DNA of 63,789 bases, the filler included, from Olpidium bornovanus S191 (Eukaryota; Fungi; Olpidiomycota), in the NCBI GenBank assembly GCA_017911155.1. It is 28 parts of 28 records of this genome, joined end to end, with 100 filler letters (N's around TTAATTAATTAA, not from the genome) between each part and the next. Parts side by side here need not be neighbours in the genome. Positions count along the whole stretch, not along the records: positions 44,781 to 47,845 come from JAEFCI010007164.1; positions 47,946 to 49,065 come from JAEFCI010000262.1; positions 49,166 to 53,032 come from JAEFCI010003197.1; positions 53,133 to 55,301 come from JAEFCI010008171.1; positions 55,402 to 57,061 come from JAEFCI010005789.1; positions 57,162 to 58,438 come from JAEFCI010002305.1; 22 more parts are not named here. The stretch is one strand, 5' to 3'. Under the pieces are notes generated by a model. That model saw nothing but the letters and a program-made list of their open reading frames with translations, was not told where the DNA came from and searched no databases. Below are positions 46,191 through 58,538 of the stretch, one piece after another; the stretch's first letter is position 1; the number at the start of each line of letters is the position of its first letter. Position numbers and translations under genes: made by a program.

Positions 46191-47027
46191 TCAGGAGAAC
46201 TTCGGCCGCTTCGCCCGGTGGTCGGCTTCCGCGAACGACGCCGAAAACGGGGCCGGGGGGGCCGCCGCCGGCGGCAGAAGGGTCCCGGGCGATGACGCGG
46301 GTGGCGGCAGCAGCTGCTGCTGCTGCGGCGGGTCGCCGCCTGCCGCGGGTCCTAACCCCCATTGCGCGCTTTGCGGCTGGTGCTGGCGCTGGCGTTGCCA
46401 CTGGCCGTGTCGTCCGCGCTGCTGCTGCTGCTGCTGCTGGGCCGCTGCTGCGGCGGTGGCGGCGGCGGCGTACGACAGCGCGCCGGAGTCCGGGCCAAAA
46501 AACTCCCAAGCGCCCGCCGGCAGGTCTTGCGGGTACCCGGTGGGGCCCACGTTGTAGGCGGCGGAGGAAACCGTCGTCGACGGCGGCGACGACGCCTCGG
46601 CGTTGAGCGGCGATACCGGCTGCGCCGGTTGGGTCTGCCGCTGGTACCCGGGGCGTTTGGCCGCGTCCGGTCGCCTTTTCCGCACTTCCCCGGTTGCCGC
46701 GCCCGCGCCCGCGCCCTCCGTCCCTTCCTCGATTATCACCTTCAGCGCCGCCGCCGCCGCCCCGCCTTCCGTGCAGTCCGAATCTTCGATCACCTTGAAC
46801 GGCGCTGCTCCCGACCGCAGCGGCTCGCGGCAGAACTTCGCGAGGACGCTGCGGAGCCCCTGCGTGGACATCGGTTTCGCCAGCACGTCGTTCATCCCGT
46901 TTGTGAGATATATGACGCGTTCCTGCGCGCTGGCGCTGGAAGTCACGCAGATGATGGGAGTTGTGCGGTCGAATTGTCGGATGCGCGTCGTTGCGGAAAT
47001 GCCGTCGAGGTTGGGCATTGATATGTC
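46191..47027 (-). CDS. SKN7: Skn7/Prr1-like response regulator: C-terminal half of the receiver domain plus a Q/A-rich tail
   Basis: |DISMPNLDGISATTRIRQFDRTTPIICVTS...YLTNGMNDVLAKP...L..VL.KF follows a TTGCAG acceptor. It closely follows the Skn7 receiver pattern. Confidence 0.8.
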   Translation of the reverse strand, partial: DISMPNLDGISATTRIRQFDRTTPIICVTSSASAQERVIYLTNGMNDVLAKPMSTQGLRSVLAKFCREPLRSGAAPFKVIEDSDCTEGGAAAAALKVIIEEGTEGAGAGAATGEVRKRRPDAAKRPGYQRQTQPAQPVSPLNAEASSPPSTTVSSAAYNVGPTGYPQDLPAGAWEFFGPDSGALSYAAAATAAAAAQQQQQQQRGRHGQWQRQRQHQPQSAQWGLGPAAGGDPPQQQQLLPPPASSPGTLLPPAAAPPAPFSASFAEADHRAKRPKFS

Positions 47028-47178
47028 CTGCAATACGACGACGGCGGTCCGCGTGAGTTCTTTTTTTTTCTGAAAAGAAGAACGGGGCCTCACTTTCCCG
47101 CGCCCCCCCCCCCCCCCCCCCCCCCCCCTCCCCACCACCCCCCCCCCCCCCCACCCCCCCCCCCCCCTCCTCCCGGCG

Positions 47179-47639
47179 ATGTTTTCGAGGTGTCTCTGTT
47201 GCGGGAGGAAAGCCGCCGCCGCGCAGGTCGTCCCCGTCGACGAGAAGCCGGCAAGTCCAGCGGCGGAGGAGGAAAAGGTGCTGCAGGAAAATCCGCTGGG
47301 TAGGCAGGTTTGCGCGGGCGGGGAGGGGGGGATGGGGGGGAGCGTGATGACAAGAGTTTTTCGCCGTGTGCGGGCGGGCGAAAAAAAGAAAGAAAGAAAG
47401 AGGGGCGGGGGAGAGAAACCCCGGGACGCGCTTGCCGTCTTTGGGTTTGGCGGGAAGAAAAGGAAAAGAACTGTAATTCCCGTCCTCCGCTAACCTCGCA
47501 ACGTGCCAAATCGCTTCCCCTCCCCATTCCCCGATTCCTCCATCCGCTTGACACATCTTAGCCATCGAGGACGAGAGGCTTACGAACCCGCCAAACCTTC
47601 ACATCGAAACCACGGGCGCCGAAACTGATGCGACGTCGG
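47179..47639 (+). CDS. 5' exons of an unknown protein with an N-terminal Cys cluster (possible palmitoylation)
   Basis: MFSRCLCCGRKAAAAQVVPVDEKPASPAAEEEKVLQENPL|gtaggc...ttag|AIEDERLTNPPNLHIETTGAETDATS|gtgagg; splice phases are consistent. Confidence 0.5.
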
Positions 47640-47697
47640 TGAGGCAGGCGTACACACTTCGGCGGCCCGGGGGCGAGGGGTGTCCCCCGGGCGCCTT

Positions 47698-47728
<31 letters not shown>

Positions 47729-48329
47729 CTTTTTTTTTTTTTTTCCTGCGGGGGACGGGCGGGCCGGAGGGTGGAAGGTGCGCTGCGAACAATCCCTTCG
47801 ACCGAACAATTCAACCCCTCGCGAGGCCGCAAGCAAGACGAGTTGNNNNNNNNNNNNNNNNNNNNNNNNNNNNNNNNNNNNNNNNNNNNTTAATTAATTA
47901 ANNNNNNNNNNNNNNNNNNNNNNNNNNNNNNNNNNNNNNNNNNNNCAAAAAAAAAAAAAAAAAAAAAAAAGGCGCCGCCTCCGCACGGCGCCGTTTCCCC
48001 AGCGCGCAGAACAACAACGCGCACGCGGGCGCGCCGGGTGCCCCCCCCCCCTTCTCCGGGCGGGAAAAGTGGGCAAATTGCACACCCTCTCCCGCCGCGC
48101 CTCCGGCCCCCCCCCTCCCCAACCCGTTCCCCCCTTTCCGCGAGCGCGCTGCGGACGGGCGGACGGAGTGACCGCGCGGAAAGGGGGGGGGGAGGGGGCT
48201 GCCACGCAGGGGGGAGGGGCGATGCGCAGGCGGAGGCGGAGGCGGCGGGACATTGGCGGCGCACCCCGGGCCACGGCCGGCACGTACAAAACGGCAAAAG
48301 CTGCGCGGTCGCCTCTTCTCTCTCTCTCC

Positions 48330-48361
<32 letters not shown>

Positions 48362-49165
48362 TTTTCCCCTTCTCTCTCTCTCTCTCTTTCGCTCTTTTCC
48401 CTCTCTCTTCCGCCCTCAGGCCTCCCGCCTTTTCCCGCCCGCGCGTGCGCGCCCCTCCCCCCTTTTCTCGCCTGCCATATGCGGTAATATCCCGGCGGGG
48501 TGGCGGCGGTGACAAAAATCCCCCACCATCCCGTGCTGGCCGCGTGTAAATGTAAACCCGCCCGCGGGCGCCTGCCGGCTCGGCCCGCGCGCACAAAGCA
48601 GGCCCCGTGGGGAGGAAGGGCAACCCCGCCGCTTTTTCGTTCGCGATAGGAAGCGCTGACGGGAGGGAGTTACGCCATTGGAGGAGGGGAGGGGAGGGGA
48701 ATAAGGAGCTGGGTTTGCGTGCGTGCGCGCGCGCGTGCGTATGTCTCTCTCAATTTCATTTTCGATCCTGCAGGTTGTTTATCAGCAAACGTGACCCGCC
48801 GGCAATTTCTCCTTTTTTTTTTTTTTTTTTTTTTTTTAGGTTTCTCGGTTTTTTCGGGTTTCGCTGACGACCGGGGGTGCCGGGTGGGGGGGAACAGCGG
48901 GGGAAATTGACGGGCACGGAAAAAAGGGTCTTTGCGTGGGGGCGCATGTACTTTATATACAACGGGAGCATCGGAATACATCTATGTACAACGGGAACGT
49001 CGGAAACGGCTGCGGCGCCGGCGGGAAAGAAGAGAACTTCCCGTGCACGTAGTAGCGGCAAATTGNNNNNNNNNNNNNNNNNNNNNNNNNNNNNNNNNNN
49101 NNNNNNNNNTTAATTAATTAANNNNNNNNNNNNNNNNNNNNNNNNNNNNNNNNNNNNNNNNNNNN

Positions 49166-52100
49166 CTCCGGTTTGACTCCTGCGCGGCTCGTGCAGATTG
49201 CTAACTCAGCTAGGTTGGTGATTTTCCGGGCAGGCGTTAACGGAGTTGAGGCCTCTTCAAACGGATGCCCAGCTGATGGTACCATGGCTGGGGATAATAA
49301 CGAAAGGATACGCTGCATACGCTCAGTGAGTCTCGTGCGAACTTTTCATTTCGATCGAACTAAGCTGACCGGGACTACGTGCAGGGTGGCCCCGGAAAAG
49401 TGCGCCGCTGCCTTCCCCGGAGTCTTCGCCATGATTTTCCCGGGCCTCCAGTCGTCGTCCCAAACGATCATCGAGTTTTCTGCAAAGTGCCTGGCAGAGC
49501 TGTTTCCCATCTGCGTCACTGATGCAATGATAATCGAAGCGGCCGCCTCCTGTGAACACCGGCAGAGCCACGCGGCGCAAAAGAAAAAGCAAACGCGGAC
49601 GCCGTTGGAGACTGTTGTTGCTGCGTGCGAGCAGGGCCTGGGCTTCCGATTCAAGTGTGGTTGGGCCGGCGTGCTACTCATCATTCGCGCGTTGTTCGCG
49701 GTATGTGAGGCTGCTGCGCCCATCGACGGTCCATCGCCTGTTTGACTGACCGAAACCGTTGCCCTGCAGCGTTTGGGACGGTCGGCGACGCCTATCTTGA
49801 GCAAGATGATCTTGATGTTGGACGACTTGCGGCCGGAACTGCAGGAGGTTGAGGATGCGACAATTAAGCTTGACATTGACAGCACGTTGGCGGCAGCCGC
49901 GAGGGCGGTAAAGCCGGCTGCATTCCTGAAGACTCTGCCGCTGAACCTCGATCGGGAAAAGTGAGTGCTGGCAGACGCATATTTAAACCAGGCGTAGTCG
50001 CCGTATTAGACTGTAACTCCCCCACCCTCCCCCCTTCTTTCGGCAGAGATGCCAAGGCCCGCGGACGGGCGTATCTTCTTCCGCTCCTCAAAGATGCGCG
50101 CTTGTCCGAGTGCGATCTGGCGTACTTCTCCAACGCGCTTCTCCCACTTTCCGACTCCCTGCGAGCGAAAGCGGCCGCGTGCGCGGAGGAGAACCGCGTC
50201 ATCCAGGCCAAGGTGTACGAGACTCTGGCTCAGCAGATCTGGTCGCTGTTCCCCGAGTTCTGCAACCTGCCGTCGGACGTATCCGCTGCGATGACACCGG
50301 CATTCGTGGAGAGGACGGCGAGCGAGTTGTACGGCTCTCCCGTGCTGCGTCCTGCACTGTGTCAGGGGTTTTATTTGCTGATCGACAAGGCGCTGGTCGT
50401 GGTCGGCGAGAACGTTGCGGACGAAGAGGTTTTGCGCCGGCAGTCGGATGTGGAACATATGGCCAAGTTCGCAACCAACATGTTGTCAGTGCTTTTCAAC
50501 GTGTTCAGCCAGACACCGGCAGACTCACGCGGCCACGTCGTGGAAGCCATCCGGGCGTTCCTTAAAATTGCGTCTCAGACGGTATGCGGTCTCTGAACGC
50601 AACTTACGCGGGGCTGATGCGGCTTTTCGTCTGCTGACACTATGTCGCTCTTCCGGTTTGGTCCGTGTTGTCGATGTAATGCAGGACATCCAAGCTACTT
50701 TCAGGAAAGTCACCACTGTGCTCGCCGACGCTCTCGCCAACTTGGAGAAGCCCAGCAACGACGCGACGTTCCGGCCGGCGCATACGATGCTGGACCTTGC
50801 GCTGCTCATGATACCCTACTTGGAAGTGCCGCTGGTGACGTCCTTGTTCTCTCTGGTTGTTCCCCTCTTGGTTTCTGAGACGGCAGCGGAAGACCCTATA
50901 CTCCAAAAGAAGGCGTACAAGGTGCTTCGGGCCATTGGTGACATTGAGGCCTTAAAGATCGGGGTCCTTCAATCGAACATCGCCGACATTCAGAAAAAAC
51001 TCATCGACAGCAGCGAGGTGACGACGGCTTCCGCGAAGAAGGTACTGCGGAGGGATGTTTTCTGTCCGGAGTTCATCACAGACAAAGGACGGCTGCTAAT
51101 ATCCAAATTTATATCAGGATCGCCTGTTGTTTATGATCCAAGTGGTGTCGCTTCTTCCGGCCTCCGACCTTTCGCTAATTCCTTCTCTCGTCTCCGAGGC
51201 CGTGGTCAGCACGAAGGAGGTCAACGAACGGGCGCGCAACGTCGCCTACGACTTGCTGGTTGCCATGGGCCGCAGGATGAGTTCAGGGGGCGTGATCGTG
51301 CGGTCGAACATCGATGCCATGTGCGACGCAGGAGAGAACGGGCAGGAACACGAGGCGCAGACAGTGCCGGCAACGATTGATGAATATTTCACGATGGTTG
51401 TCGCAGGCCTGGCGGGTTCCACGGCGCACATGGTTTCGGCGACGATCATGGCGTTGAGCCGCCTGCTTTTCGAGTTTAAGGACAGCCTGGGAAAGGCTCT
51501 GGTCCACCAGCTCATAAGCACGATGCACCTGTTTGTGATGGGCAACAACAAGGAGATGGTCCGCGCCGCGCTTGGGTTCGCGAAAGTCATTACGGTGTCG
51601 CTGCCCGTGGACACCCTGCAGCCGCACCTGCCGCAGCTGGTAAGTTCAAAAATTTTGCTTTTCGTTCATGCGCCTGCATCTTTTTGTTACTAGAGATACT
51701 GACTGCATTTCCAGATCACCGGTATCCTGGCCTGGTCCAACGAGCACAACTCCCATTTTAAGTCCAAAGTCCGCCACATATTTGAGCGCCTCATGCGGCG
51801 CTTCGGTTACGATGCGGTGCAGAGCCACGTCCCTGAGGAAAGCAAGAAGCTTGTCGTGAACATAAAGAAGCGGAAGGAGCGGGCCAAGCGGAAGAAGAAC
51901 GCCGCTGCCGCCGCCGCCGCCGCTGACAGCGACGACGACCAAGGCCACGCGGCGCACAAGAGACTTCCCGGGAGCGCGTCAGGGGACGCATACGAGGACG
52001 TGCTTTACGGCAGCGAGAGTGAGATTGATGACACGGAGGACGAGGATGAGGAGATGGCATCTTCCGCAGCGGCGATATCCGCCAAGGGGAAGAAAGGGCC

Positions 52101-53032
52101 CAAGAAGGCGCAGAACAAGAATGCCGACCAGTGGATCAAGGAGGACGAGGACGCGCCCCTGGATTTCCTGGACCACAAAGTGGTTTCCCGGGTCACCGGT
52201 GAGTGAAGATGTTGCGACATCCGCGTCGCGCCGCAAGCGTTTTACATGTGAGAGTTTGCCGTTGACAGCGTTTGTTTTGAAACTGTTTGTGTCCACGTCA
52301 GCGTCCAACCCCGCCGCGCGTCGGCAGCGCGGTCGCGGCGACCTTGCCTCGTCTTTCGCGACCGGTGACGATGGTAGGCTCGTGTTCGCGGAGTCGGAGT
52401 CGGAGGACGAGGCCGGCGCGGCCACCGCCTCCGCCTCCATCGCCGCCAAGGAAATTGCGAACGGCTACTACGAAGCGGTAACGTCGAAGGACGGGTTCAC
52501 ACGCACGTCAAAGAACCGGATCAAGTTCGACAATAGAAAGCGCGGCAGGGACGACGACGCAGAGCCGATGGACATCGATCAGCCGGACCCTCCTGCCGGC
52601 GGCGTCGCCGGAAGGAAGAAACGGCACCAGGGCCGGCAGCAGAAGGCAGAGCGGATCGGGCAGGGGTACAAGGCCAAAGTGAGTTTACGGTTTTTTTCGT
52701 TTTTTTTTTTTATGGTCGGTGGCGCCACGAAACGGACGAAGCGCTGACGTGTCGTCGCGGCGGCTCTTTTTGATTTTCGCGGAACCCAGCACGCCGACGG
52801 TGATGTCAAGAAGAAGAACATGCCAGACCCATACGCGTACGTGCCGCTCAGCGCGAAGATGTTGAAGAAGAGGTACGCCTCCCCTCCTCCCGCTCCTTCC
52901 GCCTTCCGTGACATGCCGTTTGCTTCTGGAGGCGGCGGACGTGGTTTTTTGACGTGATGTCACCCTTCTTGGCTTGTAGGGGCGCGCCGTCTGCAAGGCC
53001 TGTGATCGTCAGGAACACGGCGAAATCAAAGC
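49166..53032 (+). CDS. RRP12: rRNA-processing protein Rrp12 (NUC173 domain), multi-exon, both ends truncated
   Basis: LPLNL, RGRAYLLPLLKD, YETLAQQIWSLFPEFCNLPSD, LQKKAYKVL, STKEVNERARNVAYDLL, VAGLAGSTAHMVSATI.ALSRLLFEF, FKSKVRHIFERLMRRFGYD and DGDVKKKNMPDPYAYVPL. Confidence 0.95.
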
Positions 53033-53132
53033 NNNNNNNNNNNNNNNNNNNNNNNNNNNNNNNNNNNNNNNNNNNNTTAATTAATTAANNNNNNNNNNNN
53101 NNNNNNNNNNNNNNNNNNNNNNNNNNNNNNNN

Positions 53133-53330
53133 CCGGAGCAGAGGTCCCAAGCCCGCAGCATTATCCGGGGGTCGTCGGACGTCCTTCCAGCAGAAGCTTG
53201 CGTCCGCTGCCCAGCGACGGCACGGAGGGCCGACGGCGGCTCTCCCGGAATGCGTGTGGGCGCGGGGCTCTGATGGTCGGCCACCGGAGCAGAGGTCCCA
53301 AGCTCGCAGCATCATCCGGGGGTCACTAAA
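53133..53330. repeat. Direct repeat of about 41 nt at 151-nt spacing (CCGGAGCAGAGGTCCCAAG...ATCCGGGGGTC)
   Basis: Copies start at 53133 and 53284, with further partial similarity (CTTCC.GC.GAAGCTT). They lie downstream of the gypsy gag on its strand. Confidence 0.8.
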
Positions 53331-53749
53331 TGCCCTTCCTGCCGAAGCTTCCGCCCGCGGCCTTTTGGGTCTTTTTATCTGCGCGGTCTTGGACAACCAT
53401 GCCTGACGTATTTCCCGATTTCCGTCTTTTCGCGCCCCGGGGCAGATCTTGGTCGATCTCCTTGACAAGGTGACGGTGCCGGGGGCGTTGGAGGTGTTGC
53501 TTGCTGACCGGGAGAGCCTGCAGAAATGGTGCCAACACGAGTTATCCTGGCCTGAGGAGACATGCGTGTGGGACCGGCTCGGGGCCCTCCTCAGAAGTCG
53601 GGAGCTCCGCTACCCTCGTGTGCGAGAACCTTGGGGACGTCGGGCCAAGCCTGGGCGCCCGCGGGCCATGGCGCGTCGCCAGGGAGCCCCGGTCTGCCTC
53701 ATTCTTCCGCACCGACCGGAGCTGCGTGCCCGGTCCCTTAGGAAGTTCA

Positions 53750-54524
53750 TTTCAAGCTTTCCGTGCGAGAAGGTGCCCGCGACCTCAGAATGCGTCTCCC
53801 TGTCGTGCCTGCGGGAGATCGATCCGGAGCGCAAGATTTGCAGTAGAAACACGCGCCTTTTGCGCGTAGTTCCTTTTTTTGGCATCTTTCTCGCCCATCT
53901 TCTTCTCGACCGGTTTCCTTCGGTCTCGAAGCTTTTCTTGGACGCACCGGACGCGTTCCTTTCGCGGGACTTCGATCCTGTCGTTTCGCCTCTTATTGAA
54001 AGGCGATCTCGTCGAGTTCTTCCGCTCCCTTCACGGCCTCCTCGAACGTCTTGACCTTCATGACGGTGAGGTCAGGTCGGAGGGATGGCTTCAATCCTCG
54101 CTTGTACGTCTGCAGTTTGTCTGCTTCCGTCAAGTCGGGGATGCAAGCGGCTAGCCACTTGAATTCTTCCGTGAATTTCTTTGCCGACCCACTCTGCTCA
54201 AGTTTGTGGAGTTGCGCCCGCACATTCTCCTCAGCTTGTGGGTCACGGAAGGATCAGACAAAGGCACGTGAGCGATTGATACCATATTGCGGCATCATCT
54301 TCCAGCATGGCGTTGAAAGCGGTCCCGTGCTCACACGCTTCCAGCTTCATTAGGTCGGAGTACTTATCAAAATTGCGCATGAAGGTGCGCAGGACGTGCG
54401 GCCGACTGTCTTTGCCGGTGAAGTTCCGCATTGAAGAGTGCACAGGCTTGGCAACAGTACGCTCTTGTTCCGAGGGCTTCTCGCGTCGCTCTTCCGTGCT
54501 GGACGCATCCGTGGCACGATTCAT
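53750..54524 (-). mobile_element. Ty3/gypsy Gag (Retrotrans_gag-like) with a broken zinc knuckle; pseudogenised
   Basis: FTGKD, LEDDAAIWY, LHKLEQSGSAKKFTEEFKWLA, EADKLQTYKRGLKPSLR, TFEEAVKGAEELD and ELRAKGACFYCK. In-frame stops and a frameshift are present. Confidence 0.85.
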
Positions 54525-56366
54525 TTACCGATGACCTGGCGTTTGTCTCGTTCTGTGCGCTCGCGATGCCGTTGCTCAAGTGCGACTTCTGCCCTCGACT
54601 CAGAGATGCGGTAGTGACACTAACTGAACCTATGTTGGGAAGAACTTCTTTGGAACATATCTATGGCTGTCCGACTGCCACAGACAGAGCATGGCTATCG
54701 TTGGTGACGCTTTTTTGATTTGCAATTTATTTTACTCAACCTAAATTAACTCTCTAATTTCCGAAATGACCGTTTTTGATGCAGGCAAAAAAATCCTCAG
54801 AGACCGTGAGCTTCGAGCCATTCCAAGGATATAGCAATTCTCCAGCTGTCGAAACCAGCGTAGTCCGACCAGACTCCAGTGTTTCCACGTGCGCGACGCC
54901 TTGCCTTTGCCGATTAATAGGACACCAAAACGTTTTACCGAATTCTTTTGTTGTTTTGTCTGTCGCGCGTATGGGGAGAGGATTGAACATTAACCGACAC
55001 CAAACCTCCATTCCACCACTGGATGGCCGCGGGTTGGTGAAGCCAAGGCAATCCAAGGACCTTACAAAGTCATTGTAAATGGGTGCCCTGCCGTATTGTT
55101 AGCCTCGCCGTCCTAAACTAATTAGAAAACATAGAACTTTGTCAAAGATACCTAATACGTGTTTTTTTTGTTTGTGAGGTGCTGAGCTCAGTCAAACTTG
55201 CCCATTCGTACCCAAATGCAAGCTCAACGGGGAAGTTGATTCCAAGGTTTTTCAGCGTCTTTCAATCCTTGCCAACAAGCCACGGAAGAACCTCCTCCTT
55301 CNNNNNNNNNNNNNNNNNNNNNNNNNNNNNNNNNNNNNNNNNNNNTTAATTAATTAANNNNNNNNNNNNNNNNNNNNNNNNNNNNNNNNNNNNNNNNNNN
55401 NGGGTTGGGCGCGAGCCGCGGAATTGACCCTGAAGTTCCCGTTCCAGATATTACGATGCACTTTACCACGGGTCTTGTACTGCGCGTTACGGCGCCGCCG
55501 TTTTTGGGCACCCATTTTTTTTGTTCCTGCTTCCTTCTGCCTGAGCGGGCCAAATTCTTTTTTGGAATTCTTGCGGCACGGCGATGCTGTACGGACGGGA
55601 GAAATCGGTGAATTCTCGACTTCACCCGCTTCGATTCGGCTGCGACGTCTCTTCCGCGGCAAAGGCGCGTCGCCCCCCCCCCCCCCCCCCCCGCCCCCCC
55701 CCCCCCCCGCGCCGTGCGAGAAAAGAGGCCGCCGCCGTCGACGTCCCCCGTTCCTTTTTCACGCTTTACAAAAAACAGGGAGGTTCCGACGGCGGGCGCG
55801 TCGCCGAGTTCCCCCCCCCCCCGTCCCGGGCGGCCCCCCGGACACACCGTTCCTATGCGCCCTTTTTTCGCGTTTCGGGGGCCCCCCCCGGTGTTCGACG
55901 GATTATGTCCGGCAGCGGGGGAAGGACACCCCGGCGGCAGCTTGTGCTCCAGCGAGCTGAAATTGGTGCGGTTTTGCGTCGAAGAAGGGGGGGGGAAAGC
56001 ACGCGGGACGGTGGGCGGCGTGCGCGGGGGGGTGTTTGGGTGTGGAACTCTCATTTTTTTATTTTTTTTTTTTTTTCATTTTCCCTGGACTCATCTTCTC
56101 TTACCCCGGGCGCCCCTGAATTTGGCAAAGACGCGATCCGGCAACCGCGGGGAACAAGGATTTTTCCCCGTCTCAGGCGCCACCCACCCCCCCCCCCCTT
56201 CCCCGCGCGCGCCTTTCCCTTCTCAGGAGTGGGAAGCCGAGAGCCGGGGGGCGGGGGGGAAGGGGGGGGGGGGGGGGAAGGGGCCGGCGCGCTACACGCA
56301 AATTCGGATGCATCTTCGCATCCAGGTAGGCACATCTCGTAGGTCTCGGCACATTATCTCCAGGAA

Positions 56367-56911
56367 ATGGCGCCGCCGACCCCCAGGCGAACCTACTCGG
56401 CGGTCGTCTCCCTGCGCGCTGGCAACCGAATCTCGGCCGCGATGATGACGCTGGGCTCGGGATCATCGCCGTCAAGATCACCTCACTCAGGCGCCGGGCC
56501 CGCGAGGCGGAGCGGGCGGTTCTCCCTTGTGCCGCTCAGGCTCGGCAGCGTGGCCGGCGGCGGCCGGCAACACCCGCCGCTGGCGGCCGCAACCGCGAAT
56601 TCCGAAGAGACGCCGGGCGAAACATCCTCGAGATCATCATCGGGAGCTGCCGGACCCGACGGCGGTGGCCGGGAACCGTCATCGCCGCACGCGGCGCCGG
56701 AAGCTGAAACGGCCGGCGGCGCAGCGGATCCTGTTCCGCCGTGTGAAGACGGCGGGCCTTCCCCGTCGGTGCACCCACAGTTCCGCTCGAAAATGGTCTG
56801 CGAGCTCAAGTGTGCTGCCTGCGAGGCAGTTGTGTGCTCCCGCGGAATGAAGGCCATCCTGCTTGCCGACACCCGTGTCGAGCTCTATTCAACCGATGCG
56901 CCGCCAGTAGG
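56367..56911 (+). CDS. FAM72: FAM72-family protein, first exon, with a long low-complexity N-terminal extension
   Basis: FRSKMVCELKCAACEAVVCSRGMKAILLADTRVELYSTDAPP matches FAM72 (F..[39 protein letters not shown]). Donor GTATGT at 56912. Confidence 0.85.
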
Positions 56912-56924
56912 GTATGTCGATGTG

Positions 56925-57002
<78 letters not shown>

Positions 57003-57161
57003 GTGACCGGCAGAAGGACGGAAGGGAAGGGAAGGAACCGGAATTTGGGTGACGCCTGACANNNNNNNNNNNNNNNNNNNNNNNNNNNNNNNNNNNNNNN
57101 NNNNNTTAATTAATTAANNNNNNNNNNNNNNNNNNNNNNNNNNNNNNNNNNNNNNNNNNNN

Positions 57162-57349
<188 letters not shown>

Positions 57350-57438
57350 ATGCGAGAAAGAACGAGAACGCCGCTCGCGTTTGTCTCCGTTCGCTGAGCG
57401 CAGAAGCCCGCGACGCCCGTTTCGACTCGCTGTTCCAG

Positions 57439-58076
57439 GTCGTCGTATTCCTGCAGGGCCGCTATGCCGGCAAGAAGGCCGTCGTGCTGAAGAACTACGA
57501 TGAGGGCACCAAGGAGCGCAAGTATGGTCACGCCATCGTCGCGGGCGTCGCGCGCTACCCGCTGCCCATCACCCGCCGAATGGGCAAGAAAAAGGCCGCC
57601 CGCCGGTCGCGCCTCAAGCCGTTCATCAAGGCCGTCAACTACAACCACGTGATGCCCACCAGGTAAACTGAGCGGCGCTCTTTCCGTCCAGCTTGAACGC
57701 GGAACCTTTCCCCCCCCGGCCCCCCACCCCCCTTCCCCCCAAAGTTCTTCACTTCCCCTCTAAGCCCCAGGCTGACCCGATGGACCGTTTCTGGCTCGAA
57801 AACCGCCAGGTACGGCATCGAGGTCGATCAACTCAAGCAGGCCGTCACGCCCGAAACTTTCAAGGAGCCCACGCAGCGAGCCGCCGCCAGGAAGGCCATC
57901 AAGAAGATTTTCGAAGAGCGGTACGTTCGCGTTGCAACGGGTTTTCCCTTGGCGCAAACCCCCCCCCCCTTCCCCCCTTTCTGAACCCCCGTGTCTGACA
58001 GGTACGGTCCCGCGCGTTGGCCTTCAGGTACACGTCCGGCAAGAACACGTGGTTCTTTGAGAAGCTCCGTTTCTAA
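57439..58076 (+). CDS. RPL27: 60S ribosomal protein eL27, first exon missing
   Basis: VVVFLQGRYAGKKAVV, YGHAIVAGVARYP, KPFIKAVNYNHVMPTR|Y and FEER|YTSGKNTWFFEKLRF*. Confidence 0.97.
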
Positions 58077-58538
58077 ACCAGTTTTAGTAGAAAATTTCAG
58101 TCGATGCATGACCTGTGGGAACCCTGTTCCAAACGGCCGGTCCGGTCCCGGAAGAATTTTTCATTTTGGGGGGTGGGATGGTATGGGTTGGAGTGCGCCC
58201 CGGGGCTGCAGCATCTGCCACTCCGCCACGTTGAGTGCCGGATGCTTGTAGCTTGGTGGAAATTGCGTTATGTCCAGAGTTGTGAAATGGGCTTCGGTGA
58301 AGTTCACACGGTTCTGCCATGACGTCATTGCGCAGTAGCTGCAAAGTTTGGCATCCAGCGGCCCGTGTTTGTGAACGTAACCTCAACACGCCAAGGCAAA
58401 TTGACCAGTGGGCGCTGGAAGGACGGCGTCGAGTGCAANNNNNNNNNNNNNNNNNNNNNNNNNNNNNNNNNNNNNNNNNNNNTTAATTAATTAANNNNNN
58501 NNNNNNNNNNNNNNNNNNNNNNNNNNNNNNNNNNNNNN

